The notes: generated by a model from the letters alone, not told the origin. DNA of 63,306 nucleotides, filler included, from Lenisia limosa (GCA_001655205.1; 12 parts of 12 records of this genome joined end to end with filler, not necessarily neighbours in it), one strand, 5' to 3'. Positions 11,815-23,971 are shown, numbered from the whole stretch's first letter. Numbers and translations are program-made.

Positions 11815-12189
11815 TACATATAATATGACACTATATAGTATATCGATATCGATATGTATATGATATAATATAACACGAATTAACGTTTGTAGGAGACAGC
11901 AGTGTGTACGCGGACAGTGAAATGTCATCACCCCGCGGTCCGTGGGCGTCTGCTTGTGAGCGGGTATAAATTCAGTTTTTTAATGTCTGTAGTTAACAAA
12001 CAAAAAGTGATAAAAGTGGTATTTAAAACAGTAATTAGATAATAAAAAGTGAGTTTTTAATGAACATGATTAAAAAAATAAAAGGGCAATTTTTGCAACC
12101 AGAGATGTTTTTTTAAAGAGCCACTCCATTTTTAGACAAGCTGAATAATGGGAGTACATGTGTTCATCATCATCAATTCTCTACCCCCC

Positions 12190-12358
12190 CGTTTTGTTTA
12201 TCTCAACTCTCGTATGTAACAGAGTTGATTTTGGGCTTTTTTTGTTTCATAAATTTTCCAATTTTACCGTAGGCTGAAATGGGATGCGATGCTGCAGAAG
12301 CGATTGGCCTGGCTTTGGTTTTGTTGTTATCAACTCTTGTGTGTTGTCAGCCAACAGA
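12190..12358 (+). repeat. Family B tandem pair (tail of one unit joined to head of the next)
   Basis: ...CAGAGTTGATTTTGGGC...AATTTTACC|GTAGGCTGAAATGGGATGCGATGCTGCAGAAG...GTCAGCCAACAGA; downstream of a putative + exon at about 11893-11963. Confidence 0.85.
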
Positions 12359-12458
12359 NNNNNNNNNNNNNNNNNNNNNNNNNNNNNNNNNNNNNNNNNN
12401 NNTTAATTAATTAANNNNNNNNNNNNNNNNNNNNNNNNNNNNNNNNNNNNNNNNNNNN

Positions 12459-12595
12459 AAATGGAACTCCTCAATTTTGCTGATATTCCAGCCGCAATGA
12501 AGGCCCTGTCTTCCCTTGCGATTTCTGAACTTCGGCTAAGAGGACCGTGTAAAGAGGATCCGCACCTGGTAGAAGTTGACTTGGCGGGCTTCTAG
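12459..12595 (+). CDS. 3'-terminal exon of a hypothetical protein (...RGPCKEDPHLVEVDLAGF*)
   Basis: Open frame with coding-like composition ending in TAG before AT-rich sequence. Confidence 0.45.
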
Positions 12596-12899
12596 CCCCA
12601 CATTACTGTTGTTATTTTCTTATTTCACGTTTTTTTTTGTCCCCCATGCTGTTTTCACCCCTTCCCCCACTCTTCTATGTTGTCTTATGCAACTGTTCAC
12701 ATTTCACAAGAGAGGGTAGAGTATCATTGAGACTTGTCGGTCAATTATCATTCGAGTGAAAATGATCCAAAAAGTGATATGATTCAGTTTGTGCCAAAAT
12801 TACTTCACATTCGGGGGAAATGGTCGGGCAACCAAGGAAAAGACGCCTACACTACAAACTCACATAAGATACCTAGCACTAAAGTACAGAATTGAAAAT

Positions 12900-15800
12900 A
12901 ACTTATTACTCGCGGGTTACTGGCGAAGCTTCTCTCTCCCTCAGCAACTGATCAGTCAATTTGGAAGATAAACCTTTTGGTTTACTTCGATAGGATTTGT
13001 GAAGTTTTATCGAACTGATATGACGCCCAATAATATAATATCTTCCAGTCCCTCACTCACCCTGTATAACTCAGACTGTGTTCGACTTCGCTCCAACTCT
13101 GCTGTGATTTTGGCCCCTTCAAGTTGCTCACATTTGCATTCCATCTACAGAGTCAGCCAGATTCCTTTTATAGAGTATTGTTTTGCAGTAAAGTCTCAAT
13201 TGAAATTAGGATCAGAGAGATCCGGTGGTTGACTGTACAGTAAGTTTTTCTTCGAAGGATCCTTTTAGAACAGAAAAAAAAGGCGGCAAAACGAGGCAAT
13301 ATTCACTGCTTATTATTAGTACAAACACAGTCACAGCAGATAATGCTTAATTCTCATTCCCCTCTCCCGAATTTTGGTTGCTTTGCTTCATACAAGATGA
13401 TAATTCCATTACCCACCTCAGCCTTAGCAGCTTTAAATTTGAGCTTTGCCTCCTCCAACTTCTTCTTCATTTGCTTACGGTCCTAAAATGGTTAATAAAT
13501 AGTTCATGTTCTTGTACTAAAAAAAGCTGCGTTACTAATTCTGAAAGTAATACTGGGAGAAATTCCTTAACAAAGAACCTGGGTGTGACTTTCAATCCTC
13601 TTTATTAAAACAAGAACATTTGCTGCTAGTCTTTTTGAAGCAAAACAGTTTGCTAAGATTTGGAAAAACAGTTCGTACTATGATGTAATTCCGCAATACC
13701 CCCTACCTTCGCAGCAGCAACGATCATTTTTGCGAGTTTGTCCCGCATGAAGCCCATTTCTCGGTCCAACTCGATAACACGTTGTTCACTTTCGTGGTGC
13801 TCTTCAGATACAAATCGCTAAAAAATGATGGGGTTCTGTAAAGTGCCCTAATTTCATCAATTCGCCCCTCGTACCCTGGCTTTTCTAACTTCTAGTTCAA
13901 GAGTTTCGCGCTCTTCCAACGACTGAAGCTTCAAAGAGGCTACACAATTAAATCTATTGGAATATTCAAAGCCAACAACAACAAAATGGCACTGATAGCA
14001 TACCAAGAGTGGCCTGGGATGCTTCAAGTTGTCTGTGGAGCCCTTCCACCTCCTCACTAAACAAAGTGAATATCCAGAGAACCATCTGCGCACTACACAG
14101 CCACAGAAAAAGATGATACAGAGATCAAGTAAAGGAGTTAATGAAGAAATGTACCCCCCACTCATTTCCTCTTGCATCCTCACGCAGAGTCTCGTTGGCA
14201 ATCCGAAGCATCTCCAGCTAGAAGGTTATTGGCTGTTTGCCGCTCAAATGTTATACTATTGTGTGTGTGCGTGCGCAAGTCAATGTTGTACTATTGTGCG
14301 TGTGCGTGAGCAAGTCAATGTTGTACTATTGTGTGTGTGTCTGGGCAAGTCAGTTGTACTATTGTGTGTGTGCCTGGGCAAGTCAAATGTTTTACTATTG
14401 TGTGTGTGCATGCTCAATCCAGTCCTTTGGGGACCAATGAAGCCATATCCTTCACGCCCACCTTTTGCCTGAACGAGTCCTTTTCTTCTTTGACTTCCTG
14501 GCTCAAAGCACGCTCTTCGCGTAAACGACGCTCAGCAAGCGCGTTATCCTGATCGTTGATCTGCTTCTGTCGCGCCACCTCAAGCCTAAAGAGTTACTTC
14601 GATGGAATGCTTCGCTTTGTTTTTGTTTTTTTTTTGACCGATTTCCTTGAAAATTGTTCCTTTGAGCGTATGGAAACTGGGTAATTCGTCAATATACCCA
14701 AGAAGCCACACTTACTCCAAGTTTTCCGCTCTATCGCGTGACTCCTTTAGCATTGATGCAATATGCGCCACTTCTTGTCTCAGAAGGTCCGTCGTTTTCG
14801 TGTTGGAAAGCTCTTCTGCCATATGTAAGGCAAGTTCAAACAAGATCGGACCAGAACTCCCCCCTCTCCCTCCACACCCTACTGCATGTTTTGGGGGGGC
14901 GCCATCTTACCAAGTTTTTCTCTCAAGCTTGAAATCTGAGTTTTGAAGCTGTTCACCTCATCATTATGCTGAAAAGGTGAGATTCAGTTGGCTTCTAGTT
15001 AGGGCTTCACTTCGGTGCGAAAAAAAAAAGACTGAGTTTCTCAATGAATCCTCGAAAACTATCGATATTTTACCGGTCTTTAAAAGCCCTGCTCCTAGGT
15101 AACATTCAAGAATGATCAAATCAAAAATCAAGAACATTCTTTCTTGATAATATAGAACCCCTATCAATAATAGCCAGTGGAGGGGGAAGGAACCCACCAT
15201 TGCCTTCAAGTTCTCAACTTCATTGTTGAAGTTATTGATCTGCACCGTCAGGAATGAATAACCTTACAAAAGCGTACAATAATGTAATGCTAAAAAAAAC
15301 CCACTTTCACCTCACCGCCACTTCATATTCTGTTCTCAAGCTTTCGTGGTCGTTCCTCAAATTGCTATACTGCTGTCTGTACGACTCCACTGTGTTCTCT
15401 GCATTGACTAATGCGTCTCTAGCGGGTCCCAGTGCCTCCTCTGCGACTTGTGCTTTTAGCGCCTCAATCTCCCTGAATTGCGTCATTTATGCAATGGTTT
15501 AAAGATCGAAAGGGTTCCAAGAAGGGACAAGAACAGAACTGTGTGCAATTGCACTATTTCTTTACTCCAATAACCATTTTGCTATTTCTCTCAATATAGA
15601 CACCCCCTTCACCCAGGATGAAGCAGCTGCTCATTAATGGTGTCAAATTCCTGCCGACGGAGGTCAATCTCCTCCTCCCATTGGTTCAGCTTTTCCTGGT
15701 ACTCCGTTTCAATCTCAGCCTAAACAATTATTTCTTACTTGAACGTTATCTATTAATTGGGATAAATAAAAGGGTCTGGACACTCCAATGAAATATGAAT

Positions 15801-16200
15801 CATTATGAACCTTCCCTCAAAGGTAACAGTGGACTTAGCTTTCGAATCCTCGTCCTCTTTGGATAAAAATAAAAAATAGGGGGAAGAGACAATACCAAGT
15901 TAAAAAGTTCACCCTTTCTTTAACACAGGTCATCCCCAAAACCTTTTCAGCACAAACACCTTCATGTTCTCTTAAAAGACGCTCGTGGGCTTGTTGAAGC
16001 TAAAAACGGTTGAGAAGATATTATGGAGAACATGGAGATTGTGCTCCGCTTACTGCAGCAAAATTGTTAGTCGACTCTGTTGCGGACTCTTTTGACTGTC
16101 TTAATGCAAGCGTTGTGACTTCAAGCTGGCTGGCTAACGCAGAGTTTTCTTCAACAACCTGACAAGATAAGAACTGTTAGGAGTTTGGCGGGTGAAAGGC
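12900..16200 (-). CDS. Coiled-coil protein, multi-exon (boundaries approximate)
   Basis: AG/GT-bounded minus-strand exons such as DRKQMKKKLEEAKLKFKAAKAE, RFVSEEHHESEQRVIELDREMGFMRDKLAK, LEVARQKQINDQDNALAERRLREERALSQEVKEEK. Confidence 0.65.
14245..14410. repeat. Intronic minisatellite, ~35-37-bp unit x4-5 (GTCAATGTTGTACTATTGTGTGTGTG..GCAA)
   Basis: Direct reading. Confidence 0.9.
15000..15091. mobile_element. Family A MITE (right end partly deleted)
   Basis: TAGGGCTTCACTTCGGTGCG...AAAGCCCTG; flanks CTTCTAGT / CTCCTAGG. Confidence 0.8.
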
Positions 16201-16718
16201 TAAAAGTCCTTTTACCTCATCAAACATCGTCTGTAATTGGATATACTGCGATGCTGCAGTGGGAGGATGGTCGGAGTCCCCCATTTTAGTTTACGTTTGA
16301 TTATTTACCCTATTTACCCTGAATTTCAATCAAGTTTACACTTTTTTTCCTCTTCCCTTAAATATCCCAAATACCTCGCCTGTTTAATTTGTTTCAATTT
16401 TTTTTGGACCAAGGAATGTGAGCGCCGAGTCTATTGCTCCGAGCCTATGGAGTATTTGTCACAATGAACATATATATGCCTAATATATCTAATATCTCAT
16501 AAAAATTATATAATTAATATAATATTATAGTTGATAAACATGTACACAGCATATTAAAGTTACTGTATGAGCAATTTCAGCACTCTGTATAGGAATTTCT
16601 TTCACGAAATTTTTAGACACTGTCCCTATTAAGTGAGAAAAGCACGACAAAGTTAACTACAACGAACAAAAAAACCAACAACAACAATCAGACCAACTAC
16701 TACCATTTTCTCAAAGAA

Positions 16719-18205
16719 ATGCGTTTCACCACTCTCCTCTTCAGCCTCTTGGCTCTCTTTCTCGTCGTATCGGCCGCTTCGGACAAGAAAAATGACCCCA
16801 AGTTCAAGCGTTCACTCAAAGTCACTGATAATAAAAACATGGTGAGGATCACATCCAAGCAGTCTGATGATGATGGCAAGACCTTCATTAGCTATACCCT
16901 CAGGAACACCCCTGTCGTGAGTGAGTGGGAAGTGTGGTGGTATGTATTTTCCCCTCGAACCTTTGATTGTCACTACACCTTCACCTTTTCACCCCTTAGC
17001 TTCCCGTCTTCGTGTCATGGACAAGTCCGCTGACGAGACCTCCACTGACTCTCTCATTGCTTCCCGCCTTCGTGTTTTCGAGATCATTGAGTTCAATCCC
17101 ACCACTGAGAAGCCCACTTATGAAGGTTTGAATGAGTAATTTATAAATGTTGTTGCCGTATTTGGTCTGGCTTCTATTCTGATATGGTGTGACATTTTAG
17201 AAGGCATGGATGTAGTTTCGCGCTATTCTTTCACGGACGCCACTTTCGGAGACTTCGTTGTCGGCAAGGAGGACGCTGACGGCATCATTGCTATTTCTAC
17301 TACCACCTCAGTATGCTTTATCCCATTGTGCAATTTTTATTTTTTCATTATTGTATTATGTGCTCGTTCTTTTCAAGTAGTTCTTTTCAAGTAGTATGTC
17401 CGTTTCCCCCCTTGATCTTTCTACTCAGGACAACATTGTTTCCATCAAGTATGAGCTTGCCAGCTCCATTGTCGAGAAGACTGATTACACCGTCTCCCCC
17501 AACTCGGCCAAATTCGACCTTGAGATCAATAACTTCGACTACAAGGGAACCGCCACCAAGTCTGCGGGGAGGGGCAGTTAGGGCTTCACTTCGGTTCAAA
17601 AAAAGACTGAATTTATCGATAAATCCTCGAAAACTATATATAATTTAGTGTCTATTTCAAACCGAAGTGAAGCCCTAGGGGCAGTGGTTCCTGTGCTCTT
17701 CATATTGTGTCACCTGCGTTCCTCACGCAATAGGCTTGCCGTCGGCTATATTTTGGACACCAAGGAGGCTGTTCGTCAGCGCACCACCTCCACTGAGCAG
17801 GACGAGGGTGTCGTGGCTGGCGAGGAGGAAGCCGAGATCGAGACCAACGGAATGTTCTTCTCTTACAAGAAGAAGGTGAGAGGAGGAGAGTAAAACGACT
17901 GAATCTAGGGGTATAAATATAAACAAGTTTATGGAGCGGTAGTTGAAATAAAAAAATATATTCTTCTCCTACAAGAAGGTTTGCTTGGCTGTGGTTGACG
18001 TTGTCGCATATTGTTTTTTGGTTATCCGGACGTGGTATTACCTGTTGTCACAGCGGCTGATTGCTTAGGTCCGTGCTGGCTCCAAGGATGTCGATGTCAC
18101 TGCCTCCGCCATTACTGAGGACACTGCTGATACCCAGGAGAAGGATGAGGGCGAGACTGCTCAGAAGGTCTACTTCACTATTGACGACAACTCCCAGCCT
18201 GACAG
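16719..18205 (+). CDS. Secreted or membrane protein of unknown function, at least 6 exons (3' end uncertain)
   Basis: ATG at 16719 with signal peptide MRFTTLLFSLLALFLVVSA; strongly biased codons; spliced chain ...DNIVSIKYELASS...SPNSAKFDLEINNFDYKGTATK|LAVGYILDTK...FFSYKKK|VRAGSKDVDV...KVYFTIDDNSQPD. Confidence 0.8.
17579..17677. mobile_element. Family A hAT-like MITE with perfect 8-bp TSD, inside an intron
   Basis: GGGGCAGT-[TAGGGCTTCACTTCGGTT...AACCGAAGTGAAGCCCTA]-GGGGCAGT. Confidence 0.95.
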
Positions 18206-18982
18206 GTTTGCACTCTTCACCTGATATTATAGTACTCATGATATGATATGTAGTGTTTTCGTATAGTACTATCATTCATACATGTACATATAGTAGTATG
18301 TATAACATATCCCAGCATAGTTTTTTACATATCATCATAATTTTTTTTTTTTTTTTGTTTGTATTTCCCTTTTTGCATGCTGTTCTGTTTTCACACNNNN
18401 NNNNNNNNNNNNNNNNNNNNNNNNNNNNNNNNNNNNNNNNNNNNNNNNNNNNNNNNNNNNNNNNNNNNNNNNNNNNNNNNNNNNNNNNNCTTCCTTCCCT
18501 CCATTGCCCTCCTTGCTCTTCTTGCTCTCTTCCTCTAGAGCCGAGGCCTTTAATTTTGATATATTTTTTTTATTGTTTACCCATCGTTTATATCTGTGCT
18601 CATCTTTCATGGTAATGTATCATGTGATAAAACCCCATCTGTGTCAAAAACTAGTCTCTTTGAAGTGTCATTGTAAAGTATACATCTGAGTGTGAAAAAA
18701 AATAGATGCGAGAATTATATTCAGTACTACGGCAGACAGAACAACATTCCATCTTGCAACAACATCACTAAATATAGCCAAAATTTTTTTTATATCATAC
18801 CAGATATTATAATAGAGATGAGAAATAGAAGAATTATGTCAAATGTCGCATTCAGCTGACCTTATCATATCCAATTAGCTACTTCCAGAGCCTTGGTTGA
18901 AGGGAACGGGGGAGTGATACATCAGAAGCCAAATAGAAAAGAAAGGGGGAGGGGAAGGGAAACGAACCCGGAAACAAAACAA

Positions 18983-19653
18983 CTAAAGGAAATAATCAAG
19001 AGGGGCCTTTTTGGCTTGGGTGCCACGAACTTCGTTAGGAGCAGCCTCAAATACCTAAACTATTAACAACAGGCAAAAGGATGAACGTTCATAAGGATTG
19101 GAGAAGACTGGCTGATACGAACAAAGAACGGGAAAACGAGAAACAGCAGCCTACCTTAAAGTTGGGGTTGCAGTTCTCGTCAAGTTCAAGAATGGCAGCA
19201 ACGTTACCACAGCGGTAACAGTAATTTGGGGCAGACCACACTGTCACCAAAGACCGCTCGAACATGTACTTGTAACCAGCCATAACAAGCTGATGCGCAC
19301 GTGCCACCAAAGACAGTCCATTGGTGTGATTAAACTAAAATATTAATCCTGCTGCCTGTGATTGCCCGGTATGATGTATTTTATCCCACGACAATTGGCC
19401 CAGCTTGTGGTTAATGGGTAGAAGAGCTGTTCTATCCCATTGTAACAAAAGGGAAATAAAAAAAAACTAATTAATAATTAAAAAAACTTGCGATAGTCGA
19501 AGAAATTACAGTATTTAGTAGGACTCTGTGCAATTATTTGTTGGAGGCAATTTACGCACAAAATAAGGCCCCAATAGCAGCTTACGCTTTTGAGGATGTG
19601 GGAGCCGAAGAGATAGCCAGCACCACGAGGACTGAGGGCCCAACCGTCTTGAT
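18983..19653 (-). CDS. PPP4C: Serine/threonine protein phosphatase 4 catalytic subunit-like (3' part); exons 19586-19653, 19155-19334, 18983-19054
   Basis: [52 protein letters not shown], and C-terminus [23 protein letters not shown] typical of PP4 within the PP2A/PP4/PP6 family. Confidence 0.88.
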
Positions 19654-19967
19654 CTGAAATGTGAGGAAATAGGTTGGGTGTCTGGGGAGGCTCGGATCGC
19701 TCAAGAAATGTTATTCTGTTAAGATACAAGTAAAACCGGATTGATAACTTGCTGTCAATTGAAGNNNNNNNNNNNNNNNNNNNNNNNNNNNNNNNNNNNN
19801 NNNNNNNNTTAATTAATTAANNNNNNNNNNNNNNNNNNNNNNNNNNNNNNNNNNNNNNNNNNNNTCTGAGCCGGCGACTGGTCCAGCCCCGCGGTCAGAC
19901 CTTCCCCATCCCGTGCAAGTGAGGGGGGATATTGTATATGATATAGCGTATGCTGGGGAGGCACGCA

Positions 19968-20080
19968 GAAAGCTGTGCACAGAGTTGTAAGGCAAATGGG
20001 TGAATAGTATTATACTATAACCAGAAACTCAGACAGATACGACCTTACTTTTTATTCTCATTGCAAGATGTACAGATATG
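19968..20080 (+). repeat. Family D intronic repeat (also about 7893-7950 and 24888-25010)
   Basis: GAAAG(C)TGTGCACA.AGTTG.AAGGCAAATG..GGTGAAT shared with 24888; CGGCTTCGGCCAGATA...TTCTCATT shared between 7898 and 24976. Confidence 0.65.
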
Positions 20081-20619
20081 TTAAGATAACTGTTTTTAAG
20101 ATTCATCATCAAATTTGATGACCTTTTTTCACGGTTTTAGGCGCGAGTCTCTTTTCGAAGACAGTTACGCTGCAATTTCAGCCGCACGGTGAATAAGGGA
20201 AAGAGGGGAGTTTCAGAGAAATAAGATGCTCTAGTGTATAGCTACAATAGAAATCTAAGGAAACAAATAAATACATTGGGATACTAGAAACAAATTACCA
20301 TGCCCACTTACCAGGGGGAGTGGGCATGGGTTTGTATTTTTGGAGAGGAGATGTTTTACCATTGTTTGTGTTGTTTTCAAGCTCTTTGTTCCCTCATTTC
20401 ACCCTTATGGGACATTGAGGATTCGTCTGGCTTGTAGTAAGTTTAACTGCTCTAGCCCCTCATCGCTTACAAGAAGATTGGACATCAAATTCTCAGGAGA
20501 ACAAGGTGGGAGCCGAGTCAAGTTCATAATAATTATTCTGGATAGAAATACAATGTACATATTGACATGTGATGTATATGAAATTTAATCTGGATGGATC
20601 TCAACAAAATATCCATTTT

Positions 20620-20718
20620 TCTTAAATTTTGTGGTGCTGCAGACGCGACTGGCCAGGGCTTTGTTTCTTTGATGTTTTTAACCCTTTTACGTTTCCCAAT
20701 GCGAGTTGATCGGTGTGT
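20620..20718 (+). repeat. Family B repeat, degenerate, running into a gap
   Basis: GTGGTGCTGCAGACGCGACTGGCCAGGGCTTTGTTT...GAGTTGAT. Confidence 0.75.
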
Positions 20719-20814
20719 NNNNNNNNNNNNNNNNNNNNNNNNNNNNNNNNNNNNNNNNNNNNNNNNNNNNNNNNNNNNNNNNNNNNNNNNNNNNNNNNNC
20801 ATATGTATATAATA

Positions 20815-20910
20815 CCAGAGCTTTACTTTCAGTTCCAAAAGACTAATATCGATATTTATCGAAGATTTATCGAATCATTTAGTCTTTGTGGAACCGAAAG
20901 TGATACTCTA
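20815..20910. mobile_element. Family A MITE, degenerate
   Basis: CAGAGCTTTACTTTC...AATATCGATATTTATCGAAGATTTATCGA...GAACCGAAAGTGATACTCTA. Confidence 0.7.
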
Positions 20911-21001
20911 ATATAATATATTCATGTTATATATATGATATGTATACATAGCATATACTAGATTCATAGTATTTTAGAGCAATAAACAGACTTTGCCCAC
21001 A

Positions 21002-21112
21002 CTGGAGTGATGGGATGCGGTTGCAGAAGTGACTGGCCTGGGCTTTGTTTGTTTGTTTTTTGTTATCACCCTCGTGCGTTGTCAGCCAACTGAGTTGATA
21101 TTGTGTTTTTTG
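21002..21112 (+). repeat. Family B repeat, truncated by scaffold end
   Basis: CTGGAGTGATGGGATGCGGTTGCAGAAGTGACTGGCCTGGGCTTTG...GTCAGCCAACTGAGTTGAT. Confidence 0.9.
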
Positions 21113-21212
21113 NNNNNNNNNNNNNNNNNNNNNNNNNNNNNNNNNNNNNNNNNNNNTTAATTAATTAANNNNNNNNNNNNNNNNNNNNNNNNNNNNNNNN
21201 NNNNNNNNNNNN

Positions 21213-21710
21213 CCCTTCCCCTCCACCACCCCCCGGAAGCTCTCCTGCCCCCCCTGCTGGAGGTAAGAATCTTTTTTGTGATAATGGGTACCTCAAGTAA
21301 GGAACATTTTAAAATTCCTTTTTTTTTTCAAACGTTCTACCTGTACTATGCTTTTTCATTTTTTTGAATTTTTGGTGAATGCTTTTGAAAATGAAAGTTG
21401 TAAATTAGTGTAGAGCGATATAAGTAGCATTGAAAATCGAGAAATCTGGAATTATCCAATTCACTTTCCCGCGAATGCAAGCGGTTAGTAGCATTGTCAC
21501 CAAACGGTGCACACATCTTGCAAAAAAAAAAGGAGAAAAAAAAGGAAATTTGAATATCTGAGGCTTGAGGTACCTTTCTCATTCATAGATACTGGTTTTT
21601 TATTTGTCATATTTCGAAGATTGTTAGAATCTAAATGACTGTTCATAATCCAGTTACTCCCCCTCCACCACTACCCCCCGGCAGTCCCCCTGCCACCCCA
21701 GATGGTGGTA
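21213..21710 (+). CDS. Proline-rich exons of a hypothetical protein
   Basis: PSPPPPPGSSPAPPAG|GTAAGA and CCAG|VTPPPPLPPGSPPATPDG. Confidence 0.4.
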
Positions 21711-23901
21711 TGCTTGGTGCTTCAAGTGTTTTTTTCTAAATCAATTATTAATAACAAATTAATATATTAAACATCTTCGTTCATATCTGTGAATTTTTAC
21801 TCATCTGTGAAAAACAATATATTTTTTAAAAAAATATACCATTTTCCCTGATAACATTAGTTGAATAATGCTAAATTTTTGTAAATATTGGGATAATTCG
21901 TTGTACTTTACGTAAATTGAAACAACAATAATAAAAAAAGAGGACCGCTTAACCCAACTTGTGATAGTACATTTTACCATTTTTACCAGACGATAGACAA
22001 ATAAAGAGCTATTTTCTACCACGACAATGGCCTCGTTTCCCTCCACCTCGAAGAGCATCAGTTTTCACTAGTATGTGAGAACAACTAAGCAACATAATAC
22101 CAAGGTCAGAATTAACGACACGTTTGTTGCGCCTGTGTGTTCCTTTTTGTCTTTTAATCTAAATAGTGACCAACTCATTTTGAACCAACCTTTTGCTTGA
22201 GTTTGTCTCACGTCCGCGTCCGCCTCTTCCTGTTTTCATTAAAAAAAAAGTGATTAAAACAGCCAACCTCCAGTTTTCTTTCAAGCTGTCTCTTTCTAAC
22301 TTCAGTTGCAGCTCCAGTATCGTCAATCTTGTCCGGGCCTAGGGTTGCGCCTTGTTTTGTGTCAACTTTCTTTTGGCGTTGTTTTCTTTCTTGAGTTTCT
22401 GTCTTTGTAATCACACCTTATTTCATTGGTTGGTAGTCCAGGCGTTACTCAGAGAACCTGTACAGATCTGTCCAGTGGAACTTCAATGGGGCCAAGGTCA
22501 ATTGCAGCTGTTGCGATGGCTTGTAATCCTGGCCTCCTCTTCAGTCACACCACCTGTAAGTCCCGAAACCTTGTAGAAAATGTCGCAAACATGATTGGGT
22601 ACCCTTGAGTTCACTGCTACCACCGCACTTGTGGATGCCAGAGTGCATGCAGCATGCGACAATCCGGCATTTTTCGCGGTTTCAAAAGCTCGCTTGGCCA
22701 GTCGAACATCGGTATCAAGTGTTGAGAGAATTGCGCATACTGTAAGATCTGTTCGGGCTTGTGCTTGTTCACGCATTGTCTCGTTTTCCTGAAACGAGAT
22801 TTCAGCAGGAGTCATCAGGCAAAGGTTCAGAGCGCCTGGTGCCATGATGTTGTGATCAAATAGGGCGTTTTGATAGTCCTTATATCATCCGATGCTGGGT
22901 TTTCATAGTGGTAGGCCTTCGCATGAGCAAAGGCCGAATTGGTGATTGCAGCGGGTCGTATTTGGTAAGTGAGAATCAACATTTCTTGATTGAGGCCTTG
23001 ATGACATCCTTGGAAACTGAAGACAAAACCTCCCTCATTGTACTTGCAAGCTTTTCTTGAGTTAAGCTGCATTTGTTAAGGTAGTCGTTCAGGTTGTCAT
23101 CGCAGGTCAAGGAAAGCAAACCGTTTAATGGGGCTAACGTATAATTATATGGTATTTTAATTTAAAACTTTTTGATATTTTAGTAAGCAAGAAGCCGTCG
23201 GAATAAAATGGAATCCCTTTAAAAAAAATTTTTTTTTTCAAATACATTTCTTTTTTTGATTCCCAGATCTTCTCACCACGGGGAATGGTCTTGAGGTACT
23301 CGGCATGTTTCTTCTCTCAGACCTTTCTTTACTGATGAGCATAAAAGTCAAAAAATCAAAACTTCACTAAAATACAATATTAACATGGGGTAACATTGAA
23401 CAAAAATTCCATACTCCGAGGTTTTTGTCCTGCTGACGCAAAGATTTTCTCTTTAAGGTAATTTTTGAAAGTGTTGCAGAAAATTACACGCTATATTTAT
23501 CAAATAAAATAAGGCTCTTAAGGCAACAAGAAGAAAAACACCATATTTACAGATCGTGAAAAGTTTTACTGAGGTTTGAGGGTCAAAATTTTGTCGAAAA
23601 CTGAATCGCCGGAAAAACCACTCGCACTGCCCGGAAATATACAGTGTTTTTCTGGGAAGACCTTTCATTAACTTCAACTGGGTTGTGATTATTATTTTAC
23701 ACGGTTTTTCTATCTTTTNNNNNNNNNNNNNNNNNNNNNNNNNNNNNNNNNNNNNNNNNNNNNNNNNNNNNNNNNNNNNNNNNNNNNNNNNNNNNNNNNN
23801 NNNNNNNNNNNNNNNNNNNNNNNNNNNNNNNNNNNNNNNNNNNNNNNNNNNNNNNNNNNNNNNNNNNNNNNNNNNNNCGCCACTGGATAGATACATATAT
23901 T

Positions 23902-23971
23902 GGGGCTTCACTTCGGATTTACAAAAGACTGAATTTCTCGATACATCTTTGAGAACTATCGAGATTTTACC
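23902..23971. mobile_element. Family A MITE, truncated at scaffold end
   Basis: GGGGCTTCACTTCGGATTTACAAAAGACTGAATTTCTCGATA. Confidence 0.8.

Noticed and set aside
16240-16410. Possible degenerate family B copy (TGCGATGCTGCAG) that might be antisense or intergenic
   Set aside because: The match is too short to call and host orientation is unclear; recorded because it would be an exception to the sense-orientation rule.
17579-17677. Family A MITE as an introner, or TAGGG ends as telomeric repeats
   Set aside because: The MITE lies inside longer introns and its ends do not coincide with splice sites; TAGGG occurs singly as a TIR end, not as tandem telomeric arrays.
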